From Chrysomallon squamiferum (Eukaryota > Animalia > Mollusca): 64,000 nt of DNA. A program made the translations under genes and the position numbers. Shown here piece by piece: positions 16,423 to 31,505 of the stretch; position 1 is the stretch's first letter; each line of letters starts with the position of its first letter. Below the pieces are notes generated by a model. It did not search any database, was not told the origin of the DNA, and saw nothing but the letters and a program-made list of their open reading frames with translations. Location: contig CM022665.1 in the NCBI GenBank assembly GCA_012295275.1, forward strand, positions 39,990,001 through 40,054,000, in the 5' to 3' direction.

Positions 16423-18135
16423 TCAAGTGTTGTTATATTACTTTGTGAAGATTAATCTTTATTAACAATAAAGGTAACAATAATAAAACACTCCGCTAGC
16501 GACTTTAACTATATATTTTTTTTTTTTTTTTCTCTCTTATAATTATACTCATAACATCATTTCATGTGTAAATATAAAGAATTTTGTCGAGACTCTACGC
16601 GCACCATCATAATTATATTCAAAATTTACGTTTTTAATGCTGCATATCCTACGCTGCTAATATAGGGCAACGAATTCTATTGTTCCAGTTTTTGTGTAAC
16701 TTCTGGAGGGCAAAAACATTTTTTTTAAAGTATAAGAAAAAGTACTTTTTCGCAAAAATGTATAACAAAAACACTACGTGAAGTAATGTTACATTCAAAC
16801 AGTGACACACACACACGCGCGCGCGCATCGGAAATCATGACTGACAGCGCACGCTTTTGTTTGTAATTATGTTTGTGTAAATGTTCTGTTCGGTACATTA
16901 GATGGGGAAACTCGGCGACTGGAATGATAAAAGTTTTCCAAAGTTTTATTTGTGAAAACCACCCCCCCCAAAAAAAAAAAAAAAAGAGGTAACAACGAGA
17001 GATCTTCAAGAGCAAACAAACATTCTGGAAATACCGTTAGAACCCCCATTCTTCATTAAGACGTTATAGAAATAAGTGTAACGTACGTAAAAGAAACTGG
17101 AACAGAAACAGACGTAGTCGTCAATCTATCGCTATTTCTATCAGTGAAGCTAATGTTGTTGTTGGTTTTTTTTTTTGTTGTTTAGTTGTTGGTTTTTACC
17201 TTGATTTTAATTAAGATTTTAAAAGTTATTTACTCAAACACTGTGAGTTTTGAACTGGTGGATAAAAAAAATTAAAAAAAATAAAAATTAAAAAATTAAA
17301 AAAGTTATCTAAAATAAACGGTATGAAATTCTTTTATTTATTCTTTATTATTAATAAATATTATCTCATTTTTTTCTTCTTCTTCATCTTTTTTTTTATT
17401 ATTTATTTATTTATTTATTATTATTATTATTATTATTTTTTTACATCATAAAATTTATTTATTTATTTATTTATCTATCTATCTATCTATATAGCTTATT
17501 TTGTTGTCGTTGTTATTAATATTATCATCATCATCATCATTCTTGTGAATATCACGGCCATTATCACCGTCACTATCATCATCCTCATCATCATCAATCT
17601 CCAACTATATATTCTACAGACAAGTTCAGCAGACTAATCGAAACATAACCAAAAGAAATCTTTAATAAAACACATTGCATTCATTCAACTGTAATATTAA
17701 ATTGTCACGCTTGAAGGCAGCAAACCGAAAATATAATTATTCAGGAAATTGGCTTGTGTTTCCTATAACTGTTTGTCGGCATGTCTCGTTTTAGTTTGTT
17801 AAATTAACCAAGAAGATAAATATATATTTAAAAAAAAATAATAATAATAAATAAATAAAAAAATAAATGAAAGATAAAAAAAACGAAGAGTAAAAAAAAA
17901 AAAAAAAAAAAAAAAAAGAAAGAAAGAAAAGCACAGATATTTATAATACAAGAACATGACACTAATTATTAAGCAGTTAATACAGATTTAATAGCAAGTG
18001 TTTTGATATTTTGATATCTTCTGCAGTGTTAACGATCATGGTCCTTTTCCACGCAATATTTGCACTAAAAACCACCAGTCTGCATATAATAATATTATCA
18101 GGTTAACTGGCTGCGGGTGATTGTAGTTTTAAACA

Positions 18136-18166
<31 letters not shown>

Positions 18167-19245
18167 TAAAAATTGAAAATGGAGTTGTTAATAGTTCATT
18201 ATCCAGAGCAACTATTTGAAACATGCTCACTTTCGCTGAAAGGTGAAGCAACTCTTTTTTTTGGCACGTAATATACAAAACGTGGGTTGACAGAGTCAGT
18301 GTGTTAGTATGTTAGTGCAGAATTGGCATGATCGAAGTGTGGGCCTAATTGTCTTAGCTGAGGCTGATGGTCTTGTTGTTGTTGTTGTTGCTGTTGTTGC
18401 CGTTGTTATTTGAAAATTCTTTGAATAAGGACATCTGTGATTATATTACGTAAAGTTAAACAATCATCAAAGCGTAAAAAGTATTTTCAGACCAGTATAT
18501 TTCTTTCTAACCTATTTTTTCGTTTTATTTTTGGAACCTCCATATTTGTATAACGTAAAATATCAGCATCGCCAATCAAAATGAGAAAACTCTGACTACA
18601 ATGCGTTTGCCCGAGAACAGCTGAGACTCATCTTAAAAGCACAAAACTACTCAATCCACTTTAAGTTTATTTTGAGTAATGCCTATGCCTGGAATCATAA
18701 CAGGACAAATTAGTTTGGACACTGCACTTGCCTCAGATTAATGTATTTCACGCAAGCGCACACACAAACATATCACCACTCTCGCAATTGGCGTGATGAT
18801 AAAGGCGCGATCACACACCGCGACATTTGTGATAATGATTTTTTTGCATATTCTTGCACAGTATTCGTGTTTTCGTGTCGAAGACGTGTTCTCACATCTC
18901 GTTAGAACATTCTCGTGTGAAGCTGCCTTCGCGGTTGAAGAAGGTACGTACTCACAGAGTATTGCGAATTTATGGAATATTCCCATAAGCAACTGCCCTC
19001 AGAGTAAAGACTCTAATGTTTTTAGTAATTATTTACAATATTTTCTCCTTTGCAAATGCACTCGTGATCAAGCATGTTCACACCATTTGATTTTTTGTAA
19101 CGATTTGAAGCGTACGTTTAAAACAGTGTTTACTGCACTTTCTGAGCTGTAACTTACCAGTAAATAACGAATATCGATCGTCTTCAGTTTTAACAAAAAG
19201 TTTAATAGAAATTTAATTCAAGTATTTTCATTTCTTTTTATTTTC

Positions 19246-19304
<59 letters not shown>

Positions 19305-19371
19305 TTTTTATTATTATTATTTTTTTATTATTATTATTTATTTTATTTTTTTTTTTTTATGATCTTATTTC

Positions 19372-19411
<40 letters not shown>

Positions 19412-19899
19412 CTTCAACCTGCTTAGGTTATCAAGTCCAGAACCGAATGATTCCGAAATTTCTATAAACCTGGATTTGACGACAGATTTACCTTCACTTA
19501 CACAGCCTCTTCCTACGCCTCTTAATAATAATAGAATGAAAAAGAACTTATCTTTCCTCGACCGAGCTTGAAAATGCTGAATAGAGAAGAAATCTGCAGT
19601 TTGCATCAGCTATCTGTTTAACATCTGGAAGAACTGACAAGGTATTTCTATTTACATGACACCTGCAGATATGTCAGTGTGTCTGCTCGGAGTAGATGGA
19701 ACTATGAAAACATGGGAGTTTCTGGACGTTTCGCTAATAAATCACTGTTCCAAATGTTTGCGCTCTGTTTTCGTACAGTGTTTGTTATACAGAAAGAAAA
19801 TAAAATGTATTTTTCTGCAGTTCTCTCTGCTCGTCAGTCTTTATCTCGCTTTCTCTTTCTCCGTCTGTCTGTATCATGCTATTTATCTATTTATCTCTC

Positions 19900-20615
<716 letters not shown>

Positions 20616-20695
20616 CACTCTTTTTTTTTTTATCTCCATCTATTAGTCTCTTTTATTTTCTCATTTCTTCCATTCATCAGGTATAGCTTCCACAT

Positions 20696-20730
<35 letters not shown>

Positions 20731-21387
20731 ACTATAAAAATCCTTAATTCTCAAACTGCATGGTATGTCACAACCAATCAAGCTTCGCTTTTCAGTGTCG
20801 TATTTTTACTGACAAGCAGCTATCATCATATCTGATGAATGAAAAGAAGTCCTGCCCAACTAGCGAGCTTTACGAAAGATTATACGTATCGGCTCCCATC
20901 ATCGAGTCTTCAAAACAGTTTCTCAACGGCCGCATTTTATCATCGCGGGGCGAAAACATTCAACACGACGGCTCGTACACAACAATGAACAATCCACTAA
21001 ATGAGAAATGATGCTCATTATTATCAATCAATGCGGCGATGAAGCGATAGTCGAGAATTTTTTTTTTTTTTTTTTTTTGCATGCTCTCTTCAGTCCCATA
21101 AACAGAAAATAAATAAACAGAGTATTTCTGCTGACCTTAGTGTTTTTTGCTACGCACAGTGCGTCAGATAAATAAATATATTCACGTAAATGATTAATAA
21201 TTCCTATTTCTGATACCTGAAAAACGACTGGAAAACTAATGCTTTATGCCGGGTTTTGCGGTTTGGTTTCGATGATGACATTAACATTTTAAAAGTTTAC
21301 TGTTATATGCTTATATGTACGTGTATTATTGAAACGGTACATCGAAATTCATTGTAACCGAAAGCTGATTATTTTTCGTTACTTTTC

Positions 21388-21422
<35 letters not shown>

Positions 21423-21666
21423 GTGCAAAAAGTATTCAAAGAAAGCAGTTATTATTATTGTTGTTGTTGTTGTTGTTGTTGTTGTTATTATTATTGTTGA
21501 TGTTACTACTGCCGCTGCTGCTGCAGTCATTGTTATTGTTATCTTTTATTATATTTGTTGTTGATGTTGTTGTTGAAGATGATAATGATGATGATGATGA
21601 TGATGATGATAATGTTATTATTTTTAAAGCATGGACTAGGCTTTGAATAATTTCTTTACACACCCA

Positions 21667-21738
<72 letters not shown>

Positions 21739-22114
21739 CCCACGTCTTGTAATAAAATTAAATTCCACACATTAATTAATGCTCATGAAAAACTAATTAA
21801 ATGTCAATTCAAAACGGCATATCGCACATTAAATTTTCCTTCGATTAGAAATAAGAAACCAAACAAGTCTCCAAGGAACTGTAATTTAGCACGACTTTTC
21901 ATTACAACAATAATCATATATTACCGTCGTAACAACGTGATAACCTATACCAGCTAATTCAAGACAAACCAAATTAGATTTCACATATTTTAAACATATT
22001 GGCGAATTGTCATGTCTTACGGATATCTTGAATGGATGTGCTAAAAGGCAGAAGAAGTAAACAAAAGAAGTAGAGAGAGAAAAACAAAAACTGACATGCA
22101 TTACCTCAGTGTTC

Positions 22115-22152
<38 letters not shown>

Positions 22153-22331
22153 GTAAAAAGGAAAAAAAAGGAAAGAAGGAAAGAAAGAAAGAAAGAAAAA
22201 AGAAAGAAAGAAAGAAAAACGGAAAAAAGAAAGAAAGAAAAAAGAAAAACAGAAAAAAAGGAAAGAAAAGAAAGCAAGAAAAAAAAAAAAAAAAACGAAT
22301 GAATGAATGATATAATGAAGAAAGAAAGAAA

Positions 22332-22482
22332 GAAAAAATGATATTATGAAAGAAAGTAAAAGAAAATAACGAAACAGAAGAAAGAGAGAAAAAAGGAAAA
22401 AAGAAAAGAAAAAAAAATGATATTATGAAAGAAAGTAAAAGAAAATAACGAAACAGAAGAAAGAGAGAAAAAAGGAAAAAAA
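22332..22482. repeat. Tandem duplication of ~79 bp in a purine-rich tract
   Basis: ATGATATTATGAAAGAAAGTAAAAGAAAATAACGAAACAGAAGAAAGAGAGAAAAAAGG occurs at 22338 and 22417. Confidence 0.85.
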
Positions 22483-22745
22483 TAAAAGAAAGAAAAACAA
22501 AATTATGTAATAAAACTTACAGAAAAATAAAGATGAAAGAAGAAAGTAATTTTAGAAAAAAAAGTATCTATTTTTAAAATTAACGTTAAAAACTTGTTTT
22601 CAAGCTTCTCTCCAAACACGAATCTTTTGCGTTGCTGTTGATGTTACGAAACAAAGAGTAAAAATAGCAACAATTTGGTTTTGAGACACTATTAAGTATA
22701 CTCATCATTCCACCTGTTCTCATCGCCAAACTTTGTTAATAATAA

Positions 22746-22778
<33 letters not shown>

Positions 22779-23250
22779 CGAGACGTCACTCTCAGCGGAC
22801 GGACAGAGCAAAAAACAAAATCTGATAACAAAGATAAACAAGCAGGATAGAAAACTGTTGTTAAAAGTTGTTTATCTGTCAGTTTGTCCTTTTCTGGTGG
22901 TATATTTTTTAAAAAGCCGGTGTCATCGTTTTCAGGGGATTATGATATTATTACTTCATTATTACGAAAACTGTACATAAAATATTACTTAAATTTGTGT
23001 TTCTGTTTTTAATTAATTAATTTATTTATTTATTTATTTTCTTTTCACCGTCGATTTTTTTATTTATTTATTTATTTATTTTTTATGATCATATAGACAT
23101 TATATAAACATTTCACAGCTTAATTTTCTTCATTATGTTAAAACCAGCATTTTCATTTTGGACAGTGTTAAAATAATACGAAATACGTAAAACTTTACAT
23201 ATTAGCTAAAGCAGTGTCATTGTACAAAACATATAAAATGAATTACTGTT

Positions 23251-23257
23251 TACTTAC
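23251..23257 (-). promoter_or_regulatory. 5' splice donor ending the GPCR first coding exon
   Basis: The minus strand reads G|GTAAGTA, a perfect consensus, at the point where GPCR homology would continue into the TM2 G-L-P motif. Confidence 0.9.
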
Positions 23258-23528
23258 CAAACAAAATTAACATAAGGTCTGACACGGCTAAACTGAACAA
23301 GTAATAATTAGTTGTCGTCTGCATGACGTTGTTTCTTGCGATCACGATGCACGTGCAGACATTGCCGAACGTGCCCGAAACGAAGACGAGGCTGTAAATG
23401 ATGCTCAAAAGCAGACGTGTCGAAAGATCGAGACGTTTTGGTCCTAGTTTTAATGAAATGTAATCCGAGAGCGAGAAATTGGTAGAATCATTTCCATTCA
23501 AAGAAATATTTATGATATCTTCCGACAT
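23258..23528 (-). CDS. First coding exon of a rhodopsin-like (class A) neuropeptide GPCR, neuromedin-U/pyrokinin/CAPA (PRXamide) receptor-like; N-terminus + TM1 + ICL1 + TM2
   Basis: Translation is MSEDIINISLNGNDSTNFSLSDYISLKLGPKRLDLSTRLLLSIIYSLVFVSGTFGNVCTCIVIARNNVMQTTTNYYLFSLAVSDLMLILF(G). It has three N-glycosylation sequons (NIS, NDS, NFS), the LGPKR pre-TM1 motif, the TM1 GN motif (GTFGNVCTCIVIARN) and the TM2 motif TTNYYLFSLAVSDL typical of NMUR/pyrokinin receptors. The start context is ACCAGCATG, with an in-frame TAG 9 nt upstream. The exon ends at TTTG|GTAAGTA (271 nt = 90 codons + 1, phase 1). The ORF track's terminal K-stop is intronic read-in. Confidence 0.93.
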
Positions 23529-23537
23529 GCTGGTGGT

Positions 23538-23573
23538 CTACAGCGACAACGAAACAAAAGTTAAGGAAGACAT
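23538..23573 (-). other. uORF1 (MSSLTFVSLSL*), in frame with the GPCR ATG, stop 9 nt before it
   Basis: The minus strand reads ATG TCT TCC TTA ACT TTT GTT TCG TTG TCG CTG TAG ACC ACC AGC ATG. It is functional only if this segment lies in the mature 5' UTR. Confidence 0.55.
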
Positions 23574-23669
23574 TGAATTTTAAACCGTTTTCAGCGGAAC
23601 TTCTAGCACGAATTAAAAACCGTTGCTTTCTTCTTCTTTTTTTTCCCCTGTTGTTGTTGTTGTTGTTGT

Positions 23670-23720
23670 CTATGATGAAGGTGGTGTTGTCGTTCTTGTC
23701 CTTTCTGGCAGCACTTTCAT
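23670..23720 (-). other. uORF2 (MKVLPERTRTTTPPSS*), also in frame with the GPCR ATG
   Basis: The minus strand reads ATG AAA GTG CTG CCA GAA AGG ACA AGA ACG ACA ACA CCA CCT TCA TCA TAG, with the ATG 192 nt upstream of the main ATG. Confidence 0.4.
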
Positions 23721-23752
23721 TCAGTAACCAATGAAATGTTTCCGATAATTAG

Positions 23753-23780
23753 CTGAAACGAGTTAGAATAAAACTGACAG
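23753..23780 (-). promoter_or_regulatory. Candidate 3' splice acceptor in the GPCR 5' UTR
   Basis: The minus strand reads ...CAGTTTTATTCTAACTCGTTTCAG|CT, which is pyrimidine-rich with a CTAAC branch-like motif. It would define an exon 23752-23258. Confidence 0.3.
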
Positions 23781-24168
23781 TACTAAAACTGATACTTTTT
23801 CGTTAAAATCATAAAACAAAGTGGTAAGTCTCGGCGAAACTGTACAGCATTATTTCTACGATTACAAAAAAAAAAAAAAAAAACCCAACAATTTCCAGTA
23901 CGAATCTCAAAGTTTACAATGAAATTTTCCAGCACAGATTAGATTCTTCTCAATAATTATAAAGATTTTTTTTTTTTTTTTTTCCCCACTGATTAATTTT
24001 AATCAACACTTTTCCATACTTGAAGCAGAATCATTCCCGCGTTAAGTTTCTGAGAATCAAAAGCGCAACAGAATTCTCTAACTTTCAGAACTCTCCGGCT
24101 AGAGGAAAACAAATAAGTAGCGCAGACTCGTGTATTTCCATCGCAGGCGGGCGCTACACGGAGAAATA

Positions 24169-24205
24169 GTGTGACGCAGTTCATTGCAGTCCAATAGTTT
24201 TATAC
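24169..24205 (-). promoter_or_regulatory. Candidate TATA box + initiator for the GPCR
   Basis: The minus strand has GTATAAAA at 24205-24198 and a GTCACA (BBCABW-type Inr) with A at 24172, about 32 nt downstream. A CpG-rich stretch (24120-24180) follows. Confidence 0.35.
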
Positions 24206-24436
24206 ATTAGCCTTAAGTCAAGCGAGGTTCGTTAGCTAGCTTCTCTTTTTCTTCTTCTTCTTCTTCTTCTTCTTTTTTCAAATCTCTGTACACACTGTAA
24301 TGATGGCCTGACTGCAAATGATGATAAATCGTTAAACTGCACGGTCGTCCCTTACTGCCAAATACGAAGTGACCATTATCGAGATTTTTTTCAATCACTT
24401 TCGTAGGGCGGGTCCATATATAAATTAGAAGGCGTT

Positions 24437-24558
<122 letters not shown>

Positions 24559-24867
24559 GTTAACGAAGTAAATAGTTAACATAATACAACCTTCTATGAT
24601 ATATATATTTAATAATCAAACTGATGGCAGTCATGTATGTTTCGGCTTTACAAACCGGGCTGTTATGTAAATAAATTACATCGTCTTAACAAGCGATTAT
24701 TAGTCTTTTTCTTCTTCCCTTCTCTTTGTTAAAGGAACTAAACAGTTTACACAGTTACATAATATGACATAATACACATTTAATTATCATATTGACGTCA
24801 GCTATTCAGTCTTAACAGCACCTTTATTCCACCCCATTAAAAAGCTCCCATTAAACGAAAACAAAAC

Positions 24868-24972
<105 letters not shown>

Positions 24973-25332
24973 CATACAGATAAACCAGTTCTCAAATCCC
25001 ATGAAGTATTTAGCGCGGAGTTATACCGCGTATTTCGCCTGTGTATAAATTATGATGTTGCTGTCGATATAGTGGGGACTTCTCGCAGTTTGTAATTAAT
25101 TGTGTGGTGAAGTTGTAGTCCACGCGAGATGTGTTCATTGATCGACGTGTGTTATGTCTCCAACAATGCCGACTTCAGACACACTGTTCATGCTGCATTA
25201 TTATATTTATTAGATTTTCACAATCTAAACTGCGATAGATTTTGGCATTTATTTATAGTCGAGGCAGTTTCTGCACACGTTTGTCCGTCAGTAGGGTCTG
25301 GTTCATTCGTACATTCATTTATTTATTTATAT

Positions 25333-25363
<31 letters not shown>

Positions 25364-25411
25364 TTTTTTTATTTTTTTTTTTTTTTGTATTATTATTATT
25401 TTTTTTATTTA

Positions 25412-25488
<77 letters not shown>

Positions 25489-25850
25489 TTTATTTATTTA
25501 TTCATTTATTCATTCCTTGTTTCCTGTATAATTTAGCTATTAATTCAATAACTGATGTACAGTTCATTTTTTTTTTTATTAATTCAGTAATTCATGTATA
25601 ATTAATTTGTTCATTTATCTGCGTATTATTCATTTATTAATCAATTTATTCATGTTTTCATTCGTTTATTTAACTATTCATCCTGGTCAAGATATTCGTC
25701 CATCTATGTTCTGTATGATTAATCATTCATCCAGACGTCCGTTCATCCACCCGTTCATCCACCCATCATGTTGTTTCTACCCGTCTGTCTGTATATTTGT
25801 CTGATAGAATAAAAAGAACAATGGTGTGCATATTTATATTTCAAAATATT

Positions 25851-26243
<393 letters not shown>

Positions 26244-27235
26244 TAATCCTCTGTTTATATATGTACATACAAATGTAAACACATAACTCCCCAAAGAAAA
26301 CGAAATATCTTTAACCTTCAAATAATATATCCTCTCATACACGAGGGAGAAACATAAACCCAACAGAATTTAAAAAAAAATATATAATATGCTAATACTA
26401 AAAATGTCAAAAAAAAAAAAAAAAAAAAAAATTAAAAAAAAAAAAAAAACAGAAAAGAAAGAAACAAAAAAACAAGATTTTAGAAACGAATACAAAAAAT
26501 ATACATGTAGCACATAGCCAAAAAAAAACACACACACAAAAAAAAACACCCAACAACCTATAAGTCATCGATAATGACGTGAACTGGCAGGTTTGGGCAT
26601 ATACGTAGCAGTCGTTTAATCTTAACTTTACCACAATCTTAATTCTGCAGAGCGAGTTTGAAACGATGACAGGTTTTCTCTGAAAGCTGCCAGGACTACC
26701 AGTCTATTTTGCAACACGAAACAACGACAAGAACCGCAAAGTAGCAAGTGTTTCCTTTAAGACCGAGACTGCGGTTTCTCTCTAACTCTTTCCTGCACTG
26801 ACTTGGCGAATGGTAAATGAAGCATACATCTCGACAGATTCGCAAGTGTACTGAGGCTTAATGCACGAAAAGAATTATAAAAATGATTAAGTCTGGTTAT
26901 AAATACTGAGAGAAAAAATTGATTAATTACATCCTGTTTGTCCGTCTGCTGTTAAAGATTTTGAAAAATATTTTCATTTAGATTTGAGTATTTTGTTTTT
27001 TATTTTTGAATGTTTCGAATTGTTATGATTATTATCATTGTTATTGTTGTTGTTGTTGTTGTTGCTGTGATTGTTATTATTATGACTATTATTTATTTAT
27101 TTATTTATTTATTTTATTTTATTTTATTTTATTATTAATTTTTAAATTTTTTTTTTTTTAAATGTTTTGGTATTAATAATTTTGCATTACTTTTTTTAGC
27201 ATAATTATTAATGTTTTTTTAATATTTTAATTTTT

Positions 27236-27270
<35 letters not shown>

Positions 27271-27622
27271 AATTAAACATGAATAATAATAAAAAAAACA
27301 CTTTTTAGGTATATTCCAAAACGTTAATCTTTTCATTAATATACATCTTCTTAAGATTCTATATTATCGTTTCTGAAAAAACAAGGGAGTGAAGTATTGA
27401 AAATACAGATTGGTTTCTGTTTGTTTACATGCACTGTTTGTAAACTTTCTTCTTCGTAATCAAGTCTGTAGTAATTATATGCCAACATTGTAGTAAAGAA
27501 GGTAAAAAATAATCTCAAATAAACCATTTTGACTGACACAGAATAACAGTCTGTAAGAATGACTTTTATTGATGATAAATAACAAAATAAAAAGTGAATC
27601 TGTCCTATAGGCGAGACACAGG

Positions 27623-27920
<298 letters not shown>

Positions 27921-28537
27921 AAGATAATTAAGTATTCGTTTTTATTCATATTTTAATTTATATTCAGAGCTTAATTTGTATTCACATTTTCAAACATCAT
28001 CTTTCACCTAGCATCTCACAAAAATGAATATAAATAATCTTCACATAACAATTTTATACATCAAAAGAAATGAGAAGGGTTCCTTTTCGAAAACAAGCAT
28101 TTCTTGCGCATGGCCTTTGAAAACCTTTATACTTAAATATTAATGCGCATGCTAACCAAATATATTACAATGTAACTCTATTCCACTTAGCAAAATCCAG
28201 GTAAATTGGAGGAATACCTTTCTGAGATAAGGGTTTACGGTTTCCATGACCACCATGTCTTAGTTGAAGGCCAGAAGCATTAAATTTAAGAACTGATGCC
28301 TGACTGTTTCTTGTATGGTTAACGCCTATGTAATGTTTGTCTTCTCGCCCGATACATTCATAAATCCCTTGAAATGTAAAATAACGTAACACGGTATTTA
28401 TAATTATTACATAGTTATAAGGATATCTTGCGACTAGCTTCAATCAGATATTAACATGGACTAACTGAGATATGTGTTTTTTTGTATTATGTACGTCTAC
28501 AGTTAGGAGTTTATTTGTAATATTAGCAGTAGTAGTG

Positions 28538-28572
<35 letters not shown>

Positions 28573-29168
28573 GGTGGTGGTGGTGGTGGTGGTGGTGGTG
28601 GTGATAATAATGATGATGGTGACGATGATGATGATTATAATGCAAAGTAACAAACTATGATTTTTAAAAAAAAAATATTATTTTATTATATATTTTTTTT
28701 TCTGATAAAATTATCAGAAAATGGAAGTTTTAGGAAATAAATAAATATATAAAAAAAATAGTTAAAGAAAAAAACTGAATATATGAAATTAATGGACAGG
28801 AAAAAAAGAAATGCATTTAAAACAAAATCGTTAAAATATCATTAACATAAAAAACAAGACGAGAGTTTTTTCATACGTAGATGACTTCTTCATATAGATT
28901 GCACTGGGGAAGGCAAACATTACAGAAGTCAATTTTAGCTATTATGAAGAACATATGATGAAAATATTCTTAGATCAATGCACACAGTTTTTAAATCGAA
29001 GAATAATTACATAATAAAGATTGGATAGGTAAAAAAAAATAAATATTACAAGTGAAGTTTTGAATGTTTGTTTTTTTTAATAAAAAAAACTTTGACGAAG
29101 AAACTTTAAGATTAGAGCAAATAGTCATTAAATCGGGGACTAATTGCTTCCAAAAGAAATGATTTGTA

Positions 29169-29212
<44 letters not shown>

Positions 29213-29362
29213 ACTCAATTCTAGCTTTTTGGATACAAATACGAAGAAGATAGGCCTGTGTCAGTATATTCAGTTTTTGAGTCGAGATCTGATAAGATTG
29301 GTTTTAAAAAAAAAAGAAAAACAGAAACACACACACGCACGCACACACATACAGCTACACAG

Positions 29363-29402
<40 letters not shown>

Positions 29403-30844
29403 CAAGCCAAAGCAGGCTGTTTTGAATAAACAAAATCAGACAAAGATACTTTTTTACATTTCGTAACATTAAACGTTTTTAGTTAAAGAAATGAAATAAC
29501 AGCTTGGTATTTTGCTGTATTCTGTTAGAACTCTGAGATCGCAGGCTCAACCATGAACAACAACGTTTATTTTCTTTTTTCTTAATAAACCAAAGTGAAC
29601 CACCCTAAATATTAAAAAAAAAAAAAAAAGAGCGTTTTACGTGTTTTGTTTCAAACGCTAGCGAAGATGACTGACTGGCAGTTTCGTTATGCTGTTATTA
29701 TCACAGCGCTCTGTTTTAAACTGAGATACACATTTAACCATCAAGTACACCGCAGTTATTCATTAGCCCAAAGCTATTACTTCCTGCAAGCTATGCTCAA
29801 AAGACCTTATTATAGAATTTGCATTATGCATACAAGCTATCCGCAGGTGTCGCCGTTGAACTAATGACGTATTAGGCATAGCTCACACTGTGAACTGTTG
29901 TTGGAATCGGTAAATATTAGAATCTGAAGCTCCCAGCCAGAGAAGATATTTCTAAGAGAAAAAAAACCCAGAAAAAAACAACCATGTAAGCAGTATTGGC
30001 TTTAAGAAGTATCTTTATTATATACAGATCAATAATTCTTGGAATGGTCTGTTAGGATCATGGCTATTCTTTATAACATCCATAATAATAATAATATCAT
30101 CGTCTTATAAAGGTGTTCTGTTTTCTTGTCTTCCTCGGGATGCTAAAGAAGACACAATGAAACCACCGAGCTTGAAGCACGCCGAGATTATCCCCGTCTG
30201 TTTCCGATTATTATGTTTTTTCGATATTTTCTTACATCCCAACAAGGGAATTAATTTCCTTGGTCGAATGTTTTTTTTTTATATATTTTTTTATTGTTTA
30301 AGTGCTTGAAAATGAAGGACGTGTTCATTACATCTTTTGTTTGAAGTTGTCTGCAGACCTAATTTAGTCGGCGAGATTTCTAAAAACCAGTTTTGACATC
30401 GAGTCTTATATAAACCACTTCTGGCGTCACCGCTATGTATCTAAGACGTATTAATTGCAGCTGAATATTAAAAGATCCTTTCTGAAATAATCCTCATTAG
30501 AATGCTGTACTTACTGCGGGCGGACAGACACACTTAATGACAAAACGTCCCCAAGACAGACGACGGATTGGGAGACGAAGTAAATTTGAACATTAGAATC
30601 ATTTCTATCATTTTTTTTTTTTTTTTTTTTTCATAATGGATATTTTCTCATTTGTTTATTGCTTATGGAATTCGTATCATGACTTACAATCTCCTAATAA
30701 AAATTAATGATTCCAGACAAATGGGTACCATTCACCTTTCATAATTTTGCAACTACAAATGTTTCAGTTGTGTGTGGAAATACAAGAATTGCTGAATATT
30801 TTGTCTAATGGTTTTGAGGTTTCTAGACTACAATATTATGAAGA

Positions 30845-31505
30845 TGTTGTTGTTGTTGTTGTAGCAGCAGCAGTACTAGCAGTTTTGGCAATGGTAGAGC
30901 AGTAGTGGTAGGAGTAGTAGAAGTAGTTGTAATAATAATAATAATCATATTAGCAGTAGTAGTAGTAGTAGCAGCAGCAGTAGTATTTGTAGTAATAGTA
31001 GTAATAGTAACAACAGTATTAGTAGTAGTAATAACAGTATTATTAGCAGTAATAATAGTAGTAGTGGTGGTAATAGTAATAACAGTATTAGTAGTAGTAA
31101 TAGTAGTAGTAATAGTAATAGTAGTGGTAGTAGTAGTAGTAGCAGTAGTACCAGTAATAGCAATAGCCGTATTATTAGCAGTAATAGTATTAGTATTAGT
31201 AGTAATAGCAATAATAGTAGTAGAAGTAGTAAAAGTAGTAGTAGCAGTAGTAGTGGTACAGCAGCAACAACAGTAATAATTAAAGCAGTAGCAACAGCAG
31301 CAGTAGTAGTAGTAGTAGCAGTAGTAGCAATAGTAGTAATGTATTAACTGTAATTGTAATAATAGTAGCAGCAGCAGCAACAACAGTAATAATTGTAGTA
31401 GTAGCAGTAGCAGAAGTAGCAGTAGAAGTAGTAGTAGTAGTAGCAATAGTAGTAGTAGTAGTAATGTATTAACTGTAATTGTAATAATAGTAGTAGCAGC
31501 AGCAT
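30845..31505. repeat. Mosaic trinucleotide tract (AGT/AAT/AGC) with an internal ~120-bp duplication
   Basis: GTAATGTATTAACTGTAATTGTAATAATAGTAG occurs at about 31336 and 31461. Confidence 0.88.

Noticed and set aside
18738-19152. Overlapping non-repetitive ORFs (84 aa minus, 119 aa plus)
   Set aside because: No recognisable family motifs and no fit to TM3-TM7 of the receptor.
25415-25485. Very long poly-T and poly-A runs as retrocopy tails
   Set aside because: They are ubiquitous in the window, with no adjacent processed-gene or LINE ORF and no TSDs. Their lengths may also be sequencing-dependent.
28165-28443. ORF containing GIYECIG, reminiscent of an Ig-domain F strand
   Set aside because: It is a single short motif with a weak acceptor (AAG), no other Ig features and no partner exons.
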